Part shown: positions 1 to 12,179 of the stretch, one piece after another
Layout: each line of letters starts with the position of its first letter
Position numbering within the stretch: position 1 is the first letter of the stretch
From: Heptranchias perlo
Lineage: Eukaryota
Length of the DNA stretch: 64,000 bases
Assembly (NCBI RefSeq): GCF_035084215.1
Contig: NC_090326.1
Span: 159,464,001 to 159,528,000 of the forward strand
Direction of reading: 5' to 3'
Position numbers and translations under genes: made by a program
Notes under the pieces: model-generated
The model's input: only the letters and a program-made list of their open reading frames with translations
What the model was told of the DNA's origin: nothing
Databases searched by the model: none

Positions 1-265
1 GGCGGGAGGTTTAGAGGGGATTTGAGAAAGAACTTTTTCACCCAGAGGGTGGTTGGAGTCTGGAACTCACTGCCTGAAAGGGTTGTGGAGGCAGGAACCC
101 TCACAACATTCAAGAAGCATTTGGATGAGCACTTGAAATGCCATAGCATACAAGGCTACGGACCAAATGCTGGAATATGGGATTAGAGTAGACAGGGCTG
201 ATGGCCGGCGCGGACACGATGGGCCGAAGGGCCTCTATCCGTGCTGTATAACTCTATGACTCTAT
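1..265 (+). mobile_element. CR1 3' end, cut by the window edge
   Basis: FFTQRVVGVWNSLPERVVEA motif and actctatg tail; near-identical to the reverse complement of 56131-56393. Confidence 0.9.
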
Positions 266-1000
266 AAATATTGGGATGCAGTACGTTAGCAAGAAATAAA
301 GAAAAAGTAAAGTTAAAATAAAAGTGAAATGTTATGGGAGAAGAAAATAAAGAAAAACAGAATGAGGTGAAGGTTAAACTGTTTTGTGAAAGTTTGAGAA
401 GTGTATATTTTAGATGTAATATTGCAATTTTATTATCTGTGACACTGGGGATTGTTTCACAAACTGAATAAAAAGGCCTGAAATTCTCTGGAGCCACTGT
501 CAGTCTAAGGGTTAAATACCAACCTGTACGTTAAGATGATTTGCTGGACTCATCACCATGTACCTACCCTTCCTCCTCTCCACCTCCTGGGGGAGGTAAA
601 AACACATGGACAGCTGTAGCCAATTCAGGAATCCTCTTGTCAAGAATTCCTCTCCCACCCCATAAAAGCGACCAGACAAGCCAGAGGAGTGGAGAGCTTG
701 TATCAGGACTATTCCTACAGATCTGGGCTGTGTATATAAAAAAACTAATGTTGTTTGGCATCTTTATGTTTTAGAACACTGCACAAACTGGCTGCTGAAC
801 AAAAAAAGAGGCACTTAATGTGAATCAATGGAATGTAAAAACTGGAACACTTTACTTTGTCCCAATAATGTGTTATAGACGCAATAAAAATGCAAACTGC
901 TCTCAACATTTGCAGGCATAGATGTATGTGGAGAACCATCTTTCTGATGAATGGCACTTCCCTATATGATACTGGTAAGATAACCAAGAGTCATACTCAC

Positions 1001-1088
1001 ATGAAGAACTGGGAACCATTGGTGTCTCTTCCTCTGTTTGCCATTGACAACAGGAACTCCCTGTCGTGTTTGAGCACAAAATTCTCAT
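1001..1088 (-). CDS. NKTR: NKTR-type cyclophilin coding exon (88 nt): (D)[28 protein letters not shown](I); the gene continues beyond position 1
   Basis: Acceptor gacag and donor gtgagt; LSMAN..TNGSQFF cyclophilin motif. Confidence 0.95.
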
Positions 1089-1311
1089 CTGTCCAAGAAA
1101 GGAGTAGCTGGTCAGCTTTGAGAGACACCACAAAGCAACTGCAATCTATTTGCCAATTGCACTAACAACAGAGTAACAGCCTTGCTTTAGGCCTCACCAC
1201 AGCTTTACACTAAAATAACGTGTTGAGGAGGAACACAAATTTCAAATTCTTTTACATTACCGGTACTGAAGCTAATGCACTAAATGATCTAGGTGAGCAG
1301 TTTCATGTCGT

Positions 1312-1314
<3 letters not shown>

Positions 1315-1353
<39 letters not shown>
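1315..1353. repeat. (TG)n microsatellite
   Basis: Read directly from the sequence. Confidence 0.97.
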
Positions 1354-1358
<5 letters not shown>

Positions 1359-1850
1359 TTTAAAGTCTGCAAGCAATAAAGAAAATCGGACCATATATTC
1401 CATCAACTCACTGCCAATAACGGTACTTGCTGGGGAGGGTGCAAGGGAGTGTGTTTTAATTGTGTTACTTAGCTTTTTTTTCTTACCTTTTCATTTTGCA
1501 AAAGATCACATTCTCTATAAATAAAAGAATATGTTGAAAGTTTTAGGCAGGATGATAGGTTTTCTCATGAATAAATTGCCTAACCTCCATGCTGCAAGTT
1601 GCGAGCTTACTGCATAATAATTTACCTTTTAATTCACTTTTTTTTGTAGTTAACAGTGAACACGCTAAGAAACAATTAGCCCAAATTCATGCATCTATTT
1701 TGTGCATGCAACATTTCAAGCACTAGCTACATGCAACAGGTGAGGGAATTAAAAGCAATGCTATTCACGTATTGTTAGAGGGATTCTTCTATTTAGTAAA
1801 TGAACAGATTAATTTGGGCTTTGAAATGTAATTAAAAAAGATGTCTCTAC

Positions 1851-1895
1851 CTTCAAAGTATCCGCCATAAATAGATTCTCCTCCTCGTCCATTAC
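1851..1895 (-). CDS. NKTR: NKTR-type cyclophilin coding exon (45 nt): (G)NGRGGESIYGGYFE(D)
   Basis: Acceptor ccttag and donor gtagag; GNGxGGESIYG cyclophilin motif; phases fit. Confidence 0.93.
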
Positions 1896-2559
1896 CTAAG
1901 GATCACAGGTGTGTTACTTACACTAGGCTCCACATTGAACGGTTCTATACAATTAATGAAAAGTACACTATGCAGGAACTAAGAATAAGAGTAGGTTAGG
2001 TCAATGTCCTTTCATATCTGGTTTTTCATTCATCCTGGCAGGTGGCAAGAAGGCCGTGACTTTTAGCAGGCTATAAAACATCTTCAGTTCTGGCATTCTC
2101 CATTCAGCTTTCAGATACACGAGAGCACACCACTGAAAGTGCTTCTCAAATCTGACAATCTTACTCTAACAGGACAGAAGGAAGATTAGGGGAGCATCAA
2201 TTGAATGAGGCGTGCTTTCCTGAAGCTGGGACCGCAATGCATCGTTGGATCCCAGCCTCCTCCCCAAAAAGAATGTCTAATCCCATCACCAGTGGAAAAT
2301 GCATCATCTTCCCCATCTTTTGTTGAACACATAAAATGCATGCAAATTTAAATGAAGCCTATTGTATAAATGAAAATAAAAGTTAGCAAACTTGTCATCT
2401 TTCAAACACAGACCCTGTCATCATTCACTGTTGTCATCATACAAGGTTAGTGAAAAAATATACACCCTTCAACAATGTCATCATTGACAATGAAAAGACT
2501 TTGCTGCTCCATCAAAAAAAATGAAAATACAATACACTATGAAATAACACACTGTGCAA

Positions 2560-3292
2560 TACAAAGAGGAGTGAAGGAACAGAGAGACCTGGGGGTTCAC
2601 ATACACAAATCATTGAAGGTAGCAGGACAAGTTGAGATGGCTGTTAAAGGAGCATAGGGGAGCCGTGGCTTTATAAACAGAGGCATAAAGTACAAAAGCA
2701 AGGAGGTTATGCTAAACCTTTAAAAAAACACTGGTTAGGCCTCAGCTGGAGTATTGTGTCTACTTCTGGGCATCACACTTTAGGAAGGATGTCAAGGCTT
2801 TGGAGAGGGCGCAGAGGAGATTTACTAGATTGGTATCAGGGATGAGGGACTTTAGTTATGTGGCGAGACTGGAGAAGCTGGGATTGTTCTCCTTAGTGCA
2901 GAGAAAATTAAGGGGAGATTTAATGAAGATGTTCAAAATTATGAAGGATTTTGATAACAGTAGATAGGGAGAAACTGTTTCCACTGGCAGGAGGGTCAGT
3001 AACCAGAAGACACACATTTAAGATAATTGGCAAAAGAACCAGAGAGCAGATGAGGAGACAAATTTTTATGCAGTGAGTTATGATGATCTGGAATGCACTG
3101 CCTGAAAGGGTGGTAGAAGCAGATTCAATAATAACATTCAAAAGGGAATTGAGTATATACTTGAAAAGGAAAAAAATGCAGGGAAAGAGCAGGGAAGTGG
3201 GACTAATTGGATAGATCTTTCAAAGGGCCGGCACAGGCACAATGGACCAAATAGCTGTATGACATATGATGATCTGTGCTGTATGATTCTAT
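2560..3292 (+). mobile_element. Degraded CR1 3' part
   Basis: QRDLGV and LVRPQLEYCV-type motifs; attctatg tail. Confidence 0.85.
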
Positions 3293-3509
3293 GAGATCTA
3301 CTTTATATCTGCGTGGGAGAAAGAAAACAAAAACGTTAAAGAGCAAAGCAGGACCATGCCAAATTTAAACCTATTACTATTGGCATCCTTAGCTACCTTG
3401 ATGACACTCATCACAGCTACCACCCTAATCTACTGGCAGGCAGAACCATATTCCTTATACACTGTTGAATTTAGTTGAGGGACAACCTTCTGGACAGGGT
3501 TTACACTAT

Positions 3510-3878
3510 CCAAGTTAGAATGGTACTGATGTACCAGCACAAGAAGGACCCAGGTTTAATCCCTGGATTGTGCTCATCTCACCCAGGGTGGTAGTTGGGA
3601 AGTTACAATAGGCCCGTGTCCGAGGATTAAGGATGGGGAAATTATAAAATACATAGCACGCTCGAATGCTCCGATTGCTATCCAGCAGTGCTTGCTGGGA
3701 AGTGAGTGCATATGGACATCAGGCGAGTATGTAATTCGGCTCTCATGGTTGAGCAGCCTAAAATACACAGCATCTAGGCTTACAAGTGAGGAATGGGCAC
3801 TTGGATGAAGCACCGGAAGAGTGCCTGTGGCGTCGCACAGCAGCAAAAGTCAGCAGCCTCAGAAGACGGGAAGGAGCA
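3510..3878 (+). repeat. Old SINE-like interspersed repeat, third family; related copies at ~31490-32075 (split by a CR1 tail) and ~60560-60910
   Basis: Shared motifs ccaggtt(t/c)aatccct, gattgctatccag, gaatgg(g/a)ca(c/t)ttgg and a purine-rich end. Confidence 0.5.
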
Positions 3879-3899
3879 ATGCTAACATCTAGAGGCCGT

Positions 3900-4380
3900 A
3901 AAGATAAGATAATCACTAATCAATCAAATAAGGAATTCAGGAGAAACTTCTTTACTTAGAGAGTGGTTACAAAAAAAAGCTGTTGAGGCTGGGGGGTCAA
4001 TTGAAAATTTCAACACTGAGATTTATAGATTCTTGTTAGGCAAGTGTATTAAGGGTTAGGGAACCAAGGCAGGTAGATGGAGTTAAGATACAGATCAGCC
4101 ATGATCTAATTGAATAGCAGAACAGGCTCGAGGGGCTGAATGGCCTACTCCTGTTCCTATGTTCTAAGTTCTCATAAATGTGGAACTCGCTACCACAAGG
4201 AGTAGTTGAGGCGATTAACATGGATGCATTTAAGGGGAAGCCAGATAAGCACATAAGGGAGAAAGGAATAGAAAGATATGTTGATAGGGTGAGATGAAGT
4301 AAGGTGGGAGGAGGCTCGTGTGGAGCATAAACACCATCACAGACCATTAATGGCCTGTTTCTGTGCTGCAAGTACTATAT
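3900..4380 (+). mobile_element. Two adjacent CR1 3'-end fragments
   Basis: FRRNFFT motif; gaatggcctactcctgttcctatg and ggcctgtttctgtgctg 3'UTR ends. Confidence 0.75.
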
Positions 4381-4924
4381 AATCTTATTAAGAGAGGGGG
4401 GAGCACAAAGATTTTCACTCTGAATGGATAGATTGCATAAAGTACCAACAGACATGCATAATATATGATGCATTTTAACACTGATTTCAATATTGCCACA
4501 TCAGAGGTGTTTACAACACTGATCTTATACTGGAGTCCGTTTAGTCATTCAGCAAATGGGACCTTCCTTGCTACTCAGCCAACAGTGGAACCAATACTAT
4601 TTTCATAAACTAAAACTAGTGTCTGCTTACATCGCGATGCACAGTTACACAAACATGCATGACTGTGCATGCTAATCTCTCTCCCCCAGAGCACACAGAG
4701 CAGTCCTGCTGGGAGTGAAGTGTGAACGGAACAGCTCAATCACATCAGCACAACATCCTGGACTCAGACAGCACGCGGTCAGGTGACAACTATAAATGAG
4801 GCTGCAGGGATAGTACCTTCCTATTTCAGACATTAAGCATTTTCAGTCACTTCACAGCAAAAAAATAAATTTCAAAACAGCCTGGTCAAAGTTAGAGCAT
4901 GGCAGTTTTAATAACTGTTTAATA

Positions 4925-5378
4925 TCAACATCCAGGACAAAGCAGCCCACTTGATTGGCACCCCATCCACCACCATAAACATTCACTCCCTCCATCACCG
5001 CGCACCGTGGCTGCAGTGTGCACCATCTACAAGATGCACTGCAGCAACTCGCCAAGGCTTCTTCGACAGCACCTCCCAAACCCGCGACCTCTACCATCTA
5101 GAAGGACAAGGGCAGCAGGTACATGGGAACACCACCACCTGCACGTTCCCCTCCGAGTCACACACCATCCCGACTTGGAAATATATCACCGTTCCTTCAT
5201 TGTCGCTGGGTCAAAATCCTGGAACTCCCTACCTAACACCACTGTGGGAGTACCTTCACCACACGGACTGCAGCGGTTCAAGAAGGCAGCTCACCACCAC
5301 CTTCTCAAGGGCCATTAGGGATGGGCAATAAATGCTGGTTTTGCCAGCGACGCCCACATCCCATGAATGAATTTTTAA
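4925..5378 (+). mobile_element. CR1/L2-group LINE 3' end
   Basis: ORF 5007..5318 has SF...GSKSWNSLP and FKKAAHHHLLKG, a typical ORF2 C-terminus, followed by an aataaatgctgg..gccagcga hairpin and atga tail. Confidence 0.8.
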
Positions 5379-5481
5379 AAACTGCCATGCCCCGTTTAAT
5401 CACATCAGTTCACATTACAGTGAACTGCCTTTATACCACTTCAGCTGGACTAATATACATTGCAAATTATGTCCTTCCCAC

Positions 5482-5589
5482 CTTCACTGAAGTCACCACC
5501 TTGGATCATAAATTCTTTTACAATACGATGGAAAGTGGAGCCCTTATAACAAAGCTGCTTTCGAGTTTTTTTTCCTAATCCTTTTTCAC
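5482..5589 (-). CDS. NKTR: NKTR-type cyclophilin coding exon (108 nt): (G)[35 protein letters not shown](G)
   Basis: Acceptor ttacag and donor gtggga. Contains the [11 protein letters not shown] active-site motif and the divergent-cyclophilin loop insert. Overlaps ORF 5450..5638. Confidence 0.95.
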
Positions 5590-5668
5590 CTGTAAGAGAT
5601 AAATTAATGTTAGTACACACAAAACAGGATTCATACAAATATATGTGAGAGTGAAGGATAATTTATTG

Positions 5669-6114
5669 CAATAGTTTTCAAACTTTTCTGGACGGGTGAC
5701 TCCCTGCAAATATTAACACACTCCCAGGACTCCCTGCAAATACTGCTGCACTACCGAGGCCCTCCTGTGAGTACGAACACACTCCCAGAGTCCCTCGCAA
5801 ATTGCGACACACTTCTAGGCCCCTTACCTACAAATATTGAAACACTCGGGGTTGGGTGGGGGGGGGGGGGGGGGTGGTGTCTCTTGTCCTAACTTCTAGA
5901 AGACACTGCTGACTATCCAATGGAAGAGTGTGTGTTACCACTACAGGAATTTTTTTTTTAAAATTACTTTACAACACAGTTTACAGTGGCAGAAATAATA
6001 TGCTAGTAAGTCAAATACAGAATGCTTGGGACCAGAAGGACAGAAATCTGATGAACTCACGCCCTCTCCCCACAGTCCTACCAGGGTGCGGGGACCCCAG
6101 TTTGAAAACCAATG
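5669..6114. mobile_element. Old hAT (Charlie-like) MITE with an internal ~30-bp tandem repeat (~5698-5848) and a poly-G run
   Basis: Imperfect TIRs caatagttttcaaact / agtttgaaaaccaatg resemble the CAGTGGTTYTCAAACT hAT termini. No convincing 8-bp TSD remains. Confidence 0.55.
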
Positions 6115-7534
6115 CCTTACAGTGATCGGGGAAGAGCTGCAAAGCAAGGAGAAAGAGAAAAAGAAAACAGTAGCTCTTCAATGGAATCATTTATCAATTG
6201 AATGTGTAAAAAGAGATACAACCAAAACCAACACCATACCATGGAGGAGCTCAGCTTGCTCTGGCTATCCCCCTCCGCGCCCCCCCCCCTCCATTCTTGC
6301 TGATCTACAGTGACTCCCTGGCTTCCTCAAAATCCTTACCATCATCTCCAAATCCCTCCTCGGTGTGATTCCTTCCTGCCGTTACAACCTCCTCCAGCCA
6401 TACATCCTCTTAACTCTGGCCCTTCCCTTCGTCCAATCATCTGTGACAGAACTTCAGACTGCCTGGAGCTCCTTCTGCCTCTCTACCTCTCAGTCCTCTT
6501 AAAAACCTTCATAAATCTCATCTTTGTGATCTAGCCATCGGTCAGTTCTCCTAACCTCTCTCCCATGACTCAGGATTCAGTCCTCATTATTTCTCTTAAA
6601 GCATCTTGGAATATCTTGTATGTTAAAGCGATGTATGGGTCAATGCAAAGGGCCAAATCATACAAACACAGCCCTGCTAGAGTGTGCGCTCTACATACAG
6701 TGTAAAATTCATAATTTTGGTTTTAGTCCCTTGCATGTCAATGCTCTTGTTTGCTGCCTAAGGAATATAGGTTGGTGTTACCATAGGACCCAGAGAGCAT
6801 GGCTTTTCTTTCTTTTGTATGCTTTTCCTGAAAAGAATTGAACTAGGATATTTTCTGGAGGTTTGTCATCCGGCACCAATTGGTGGAAGTCCCACAGATT
6901 CCTGAGAAATCTGAAAACGGTGATAGGAGGTCCAGCACCAGGAACAAAGAAACTATAGCTGAGGAAAACTGGTGAACTGGTGCAGGTCCTGTGGATTTAT
7001 ATGATGGGTAGTAGAACTATCAAGCAAGGCTATAATCCTAATTTATATGGAGGAATTGGGAATACAAAGGATGCCACACCAATAAGAAAGGAAGAGGCTG
7101 TCAACACGAGCTCTGAGGAGACCAGTGCAAAGACACATTCACCGAGGCAGAATTAGAGAGATGCACCTCATCAAGTAGGTGCCTTATCTGCTTCTATAAT
7201 AAAAACATTTTTGCATCTGTGTCGTCTGCTTAAAGTCTCACTCAGGAGCTCTCTGATTGTAAGCTTGTGTCTAATCTTTCTGATTGACTCAGCAACTCTA
7301 TGGTTTGTAATTGGTGTCTATAGGGTTATTTCAGATTGGTCTTGTGATTGTTTCAATCATATTGTAACAAAACAAATTCTCTAAGATACACCTGTCATAG
7401 GAATTCTGCACATCTCAGGTCGCTATTAGACAGGTAGATTATGATAAATAAATATAATTTGTAAATTGATGTCTCCAAATGAAAATTCATCCTATTCATG
7501 CACCCCCTCCAACCCTCCCCCCTCCCCAAACATA

Positions 7535-7734
7535 AAGTTATAGTCCAGCAATTTTATTTTAAATTCACAAGCTTTCGGAGACTTCCTCCTTCCTCAGGTA
7601 AATGTTTACCTGAGGAAGGAGGAAGTCTCCGAAAGCTTGTGAATTTAAAATAAAATTGCTGGACTATAACTTGGTGTTGTAAAATAGTTTACAATTGTCA
7701 ACCCCAGTCCATCACCGGCATCTCCACATCATGA
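7535..7734 (+). mobile_element. 200-bp Penelope-derived fold-back insertion with two opposed hammerhead motifs
   Basis: Perfect 68-bp inverted repeat 7535-7602/7605-7672, followed by the PLE tail ending ccggcatctccacatcatg. 13-bp TSD ctccccaaacata at 7522-7534 and 7735-7747. Confidence 0.92.
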
Positions 7735-8584
7735 CTCCCCAAACATAGGCAGGCTTCTGCCCTCCTGGTTCAGCGCCAAGGCTGGCACCACCACGTACCA
7801 CCCACTGTTGCTCCTTTCCTGTTCCCAGGTTGACACAATAGCCTTTCTATGACCTGCTACCCATAACTTGCGAACAATGCCACAAGAGCAGCCAACAGAT
7901 GCACAGAACTTCAGAACACTACATAGGCAGGGACACCTTCTTCCAGGTACTGCTGCACACTCCAGTCTCAATATTGTGAAACTCTTGACAGCCTTACACT
8001 AGCTTATATAAACCCGCCCCCATCCCCAAAAAAAACCCTTTGCATGCAAATGAAACACATGAAGCTTAAAAAGAAAACAGTGAATGTCATAATTCTGAAA
8101 TAAAACAATCCTGGACAGCAGGTGATGAGCATCTTAAAGAAAAGGGTTTGTCAACTGATCGACCTGTAGGGAGTTTCTAGCATTTTCTGTTTTAGTACAA
8201 TGAAATGCACAGTATTCTACAAAAGTAAAATAAAATTGCCAAGATGTGTAGCTTATTGTACCCAAGTTAAACATTTAAAGACTGAAATGCCTCTAGCGAC
8301 AGAAAGCCAAATGTTTCATGGGACACTGCAGACATTTCACCTGAATTACCCTCGATGACTGCACTTCATATGCACTCATCCAGGCCACTAGATTGCACTG
8401 GCTCAGTGGACTGTTCCCACTAAGCTAAGCATGCCTCCCACAAAGCAACAGGAACAGTCAACGATGGTAGCCACAGAGATGCCAGTAGGCCAGAACATCC
8501 CACCCTACTCGCTAAAGCAAACCAGAACAAAGAATATAATTTCTTCCACCTCCCTCCCCCTCCACCCGAGGAACATTGTAATTC

Positions 8585-9140
8585 TAACATAAAATGCTGG
8601 AAATATACAGCAGTTCTGTCAGCATTTGTAAAGGAAAAAGATAAGTTAGCATTTTGTCAAAACAAACTAAGGGTTCTGATGAAAGGACTTGAGATGGGAT
8701 TGCAAACTCATCTTTTTTCTTTACAGATGGTGACTTTTTTACTTGACACGATTTCTTTTGTTGTTTAAATGGACTGCTCCCATTTTCTCGGACAGCAGGT
8801 GCTGGTATTGGTTCTGCTGTTGCCATTTACATCTCTATTGTTTCTTTACTTGTACCATTATCACCCTCCTTCCCTTGCACCATCAAAGATTTTGTCATTT
8901 AATCACTCCTGCCCTCCATCCTACCTTCCCTTTAGTTCTTTAATCCCCTCCCCTTTCCCTGGCTACATACTTGCTTAAAAACTTAATTCTTTATTTCTTC
9001 CAGTTCTGACGAAAGGACATCAACCTGAAACGTTAACTCTGTTTCTATCTCCACAGATGCTGCCTGACTTACTGAGTATTTCCAGCATTTTCTGTTTTTA
9101 TTTCAGATTTCCAGCATCTGCAGTATTTCGCTTTTGTTTT
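8585..9140. mobile_element. Older second family of Penelope-type 3' ends with hammerhead-like cores and inverted arrangement
   Basis: ctgacga-aagg-acatcaa-cct-gaaacgtt at ~9006-9034 is followed by aactctgtttctatctccacagatgctgcc...ttccagcattttct. A diverged inverted copy, aaaatgctggaaatatacagcag, lies at ~8590. Related pieces occur at ~8090-8195, 44995-45066/47396-47512 and ~62050-62240. Confidence 0.6.
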
Positions 9141-9248
9141 GTGGTTCCTTTGTGCTCAGTGCAAAAACAACCCATTTTTCTTTCTGGCCTGGCAACTCTG
9201 AAAGACCCACTGTTATCCACCTTAGAGCATGCACCTTCATCTACATAC

Positions 9249-9323
9249 CTGTGCAGAGAAAGAGGAAATTCTTACAGGTCTTGGGGCAGACATCTGAAAA
9301 TAATTCAAAGACTATGCGGCCCA
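9249..9323 (-). CDS. NKTR: NKTR-type cyclophilin coding exon (75 nt): (V)[24 protein letters not shown](G)
   Basis: Acceptor tttcag and donor gtatgt; phases fit both neighbouring exons; cyclophilin GRIVFELF...PKT motif. Confidence 0.95.
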
Positions 9324-9908
9324 CTGAAACGAGAAGAAAAACTGAAGATCAACTGACAGGCTCTGAAAAAGAAAAAAGTGTAAACATATGCAGCTCAAAT
9401 TTATCTATGCTCAGCGTCAGCAGCACCACAGGTACCGTGTTATTAAATGACACCGACACCCGAGCAAGCTTCCTGCTTTGCTGAATTAGCATGCTGACAA
9501 CAGCATTTCCTCCAAAGGACACTATTTTCTCAGCTAAGTCTCACTTAAAATCTAATACTTTCTCCCTCCCCTCTCAAATGTCGCTAAAATGATTTAAAAC
9601 GAAAACCTAACATTTAAATTACAAATCTGGATGGGTTAATGCATTAAATGTATAAATTTGGTCTGCACCAACAGAATATTGCTGTACTTAAATATTCAGA
9701 ACTGGGCCATGCTCAGCTCAACAGCAGTGAACTACTGGGTGACGGGCTGAATAGGTGTGGTTAAACAGGAAGCCGCAATACAAAGTAGAGATTAAAAAAA
9801 TCTTCTGGTTGATGCACAAGACGTTCGCTGATCTAAACTCTAAAAATACATTTCAGCGGTAGTTTCGCCACTGCAGTTAAGTCGGCAGCCTCCTGCGGAC
9901 CGAACCAA

Positions 9909-9951
9909 GAGTGTGTGAGAGAGAGAGAGAGAGAGAGACAGAGACAGAGAG
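9909..9951. repeat. (GT)/(GA)n compound microsatellite
   Basis: Read directly from the sequence. Confidence 0.9.
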
Positions 9952-10860
9952 CGTGAATTTCCAGACCATAATATGCCCAGCCAGCCAGCTTCCAGGACAA
10001 GATAAATTGATCCTTTAATATTTTGCTCATTAAAATTTTTAATTGAGTATTCAATGCGATTATTCAGTACAGCTGCACGAAAATTGATTATAGGAGATTA
10101 AAGTGTGCAGAGTCTAACAATCTATAAATCCCGATCTTACCATACGTGAATGTTTTCACAAGGCAGCACTGGTGCTCATATATATTCCCTAAAAAATACT
10201 GCATTAATAACGCTGCTATAAACAGTTACAGATAAACATTTCTCTGTACATATTTCTTGGTGATTGGCTGTAGATTAAATTCTGGTAAACTTGCAGGTAT
10301 CATCACAATTTGATTCTTCAGATGCCTGATGGCTATGCATCAACTGCGTGAGGCATCTTGGATAACAGTAGCCATAATGCCAAAGAACAGGGAGGGAAAA
10401 AGCAAAATCCTCCTCTGAACTGCACAAAAAACAAACACACAAGGGAGCATTCTCAAAGTTGTAATATCATTGGGATTCAGAGGAAGGTTATAAACCCTCC
10501 AGCTTCATTATCAGGATGTCATTTAAATTCAAAGATTCAATCCTCTTCCTGATCATCAATCATTATTCCATAATCATTACTTTCCAGTAAAATGTATTTT
10601 TTTTAAAAAACAGGAAAAAGCACCTTTTTAATTGAAGAATGAACGAATGAACTTGAATTAACGTAGCCTTTCACGTCCTCAGGACATCCTAAAGCACTTC
10701 ACAGTGAATGAATTGCTTTTTGAAGTGTGGCCATTCATAACGTAGGCAAACATGGCAGCCAATTTAGGAAGACTAGAATGTGGGAATTGCTCTAGTTCGC
10801 CTTCTATCATCCTGCTAGCCACATGATACAACAATAATGCAGTTGTTGATTATTAATAAC

Positions 10861-11928
10861 CATGATGTGGAGATGCCGGTGATGGACTGGGGTTGACAAA
10901 TGTAAAGAATCTTACAACACCAGGTTATAGTCCAACAATTTTATTTGAAAATCACAAGCTTTCGGAGATTATCTCCTTCGTCAGGTGAGCGTGGGACTCC
11001 TTGAACGTTTCGCATTTATAGTCAGAGAACAATACCAAGTGATTACAGATAATCTTTCCAACTGCCCATTGTCAAGGCAATCAAAGTGTTCAGAGGTGTT
11101 ACCTACAAGATCACCGAATACACAAACGGCCAGAACACAAGACAGAGAGAGGGGGAGAAACATCCGAAAGGAAGAGAAAGACAGAGAATGACCTGTTGTA
11201 TTAAAAACAGATAACCTTTATTCGCTGGTGGGGTTACGTGTAGCGTGACATGAACCCAAGATCCCGGTTGAGGCCGTCCTCATGGGTGCGGCACTCGGCT
11301 ATCAATTTCTGCTCGACGATTTTGCATTGTCGTGTGTCTCGAAGGCCGCCTTGGAGAACGCTTACCCGAAGGTCGGTGGCTGAATGTCCTTGACTGCTGA
11401 AGTGTTCCCCGACTGGGAGGGAACCCTCCTGTCTGGCGATTGTTGCGCGGTGTCCGTTCATCCGTTGTCGCAGTGTCTGCATGGTCTCGCCAATGTACCA
11501 TGCTCCGGGGCATCCTTTCCTGCAACGTATGAGGTAGACAACGTTGGCCGAGTCACAGGAGTATGAACCATGTACCTGGTGGGTGGTGTTCTCTCGTGTG
11601 ATGGTGGTATCTGTGTCGATGATCTGGCATGTCTTGCAGAGGTTGCCGTGGCAGGGTTGTGTGGTGTCGTGGATGCTGTTCTCCTGAAAGCTGGGTAATT
11701 TGCTGCGAACGATCCTGTAGGTAACACCTCTCTGTCTGAACACTTTGATTGCCTTGACAACGGGCAGTTGGAAAGATTATCTGTAATCACTAGGTATTGT
11801 TCTCTGACTATAAATGCGAAACGTTCAAGGAGTCCCACGCTCACCTGACGAAGGAGATAATCTCCGAAAGCTTGTGATTTTCAAATAAAATTGTTGGACT
11901 ATAACCTGGTGTTGTAAGATTCTTTACA
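10861..11928 (-). mobile_element. Penelope-like element, 5'-truncated (GIY-YIG C-terminus + 3'UTR), with an inverted copy of its 3' region (~10901-11112 vs ~11711-11928)
   Basis: ORF 11234..11743 is highly similar to ORF 53870..54421. Flanking TSD attattaat(a/g)ac at 10849-10860 and 11929-11940. Hammerhead motifs at 10952-10988 (-) and 11841-11877 (+). Confidence 0.93.
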
Positions 11929-12179
11929 ATTATTAATGACAATCAATCTCTATCAATTAGTCTACAGCAGACCCAGATATTAGGTGAGGAAAATCCCTAG
12001 TGGTAGAAAGCTTCGGGAACCATAGGTCCAAAGTCACATATTCCTCCCTAGCATGCTACACTTAACATATGTCTTATCTCATGTTGCTCATATACTGTAT
12101 TTTCTGAAAGGAATATATCTAATTTGCATTTGAATGAATCAACACTATCTGCTTCCACCATCTCCAGAGGGAGCCTGTT

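Noticed and set aside
7535-7672. Rho-independent terminator, pre-miRNA or DNA-transposon TIR interpretation of the hairpins
   Set aside because: The arms match the PLE 3' end at ~54680-54745, one arm carries an unpaired PLE tail, and the TSDs are long and variable, as expected for retro-insertion.
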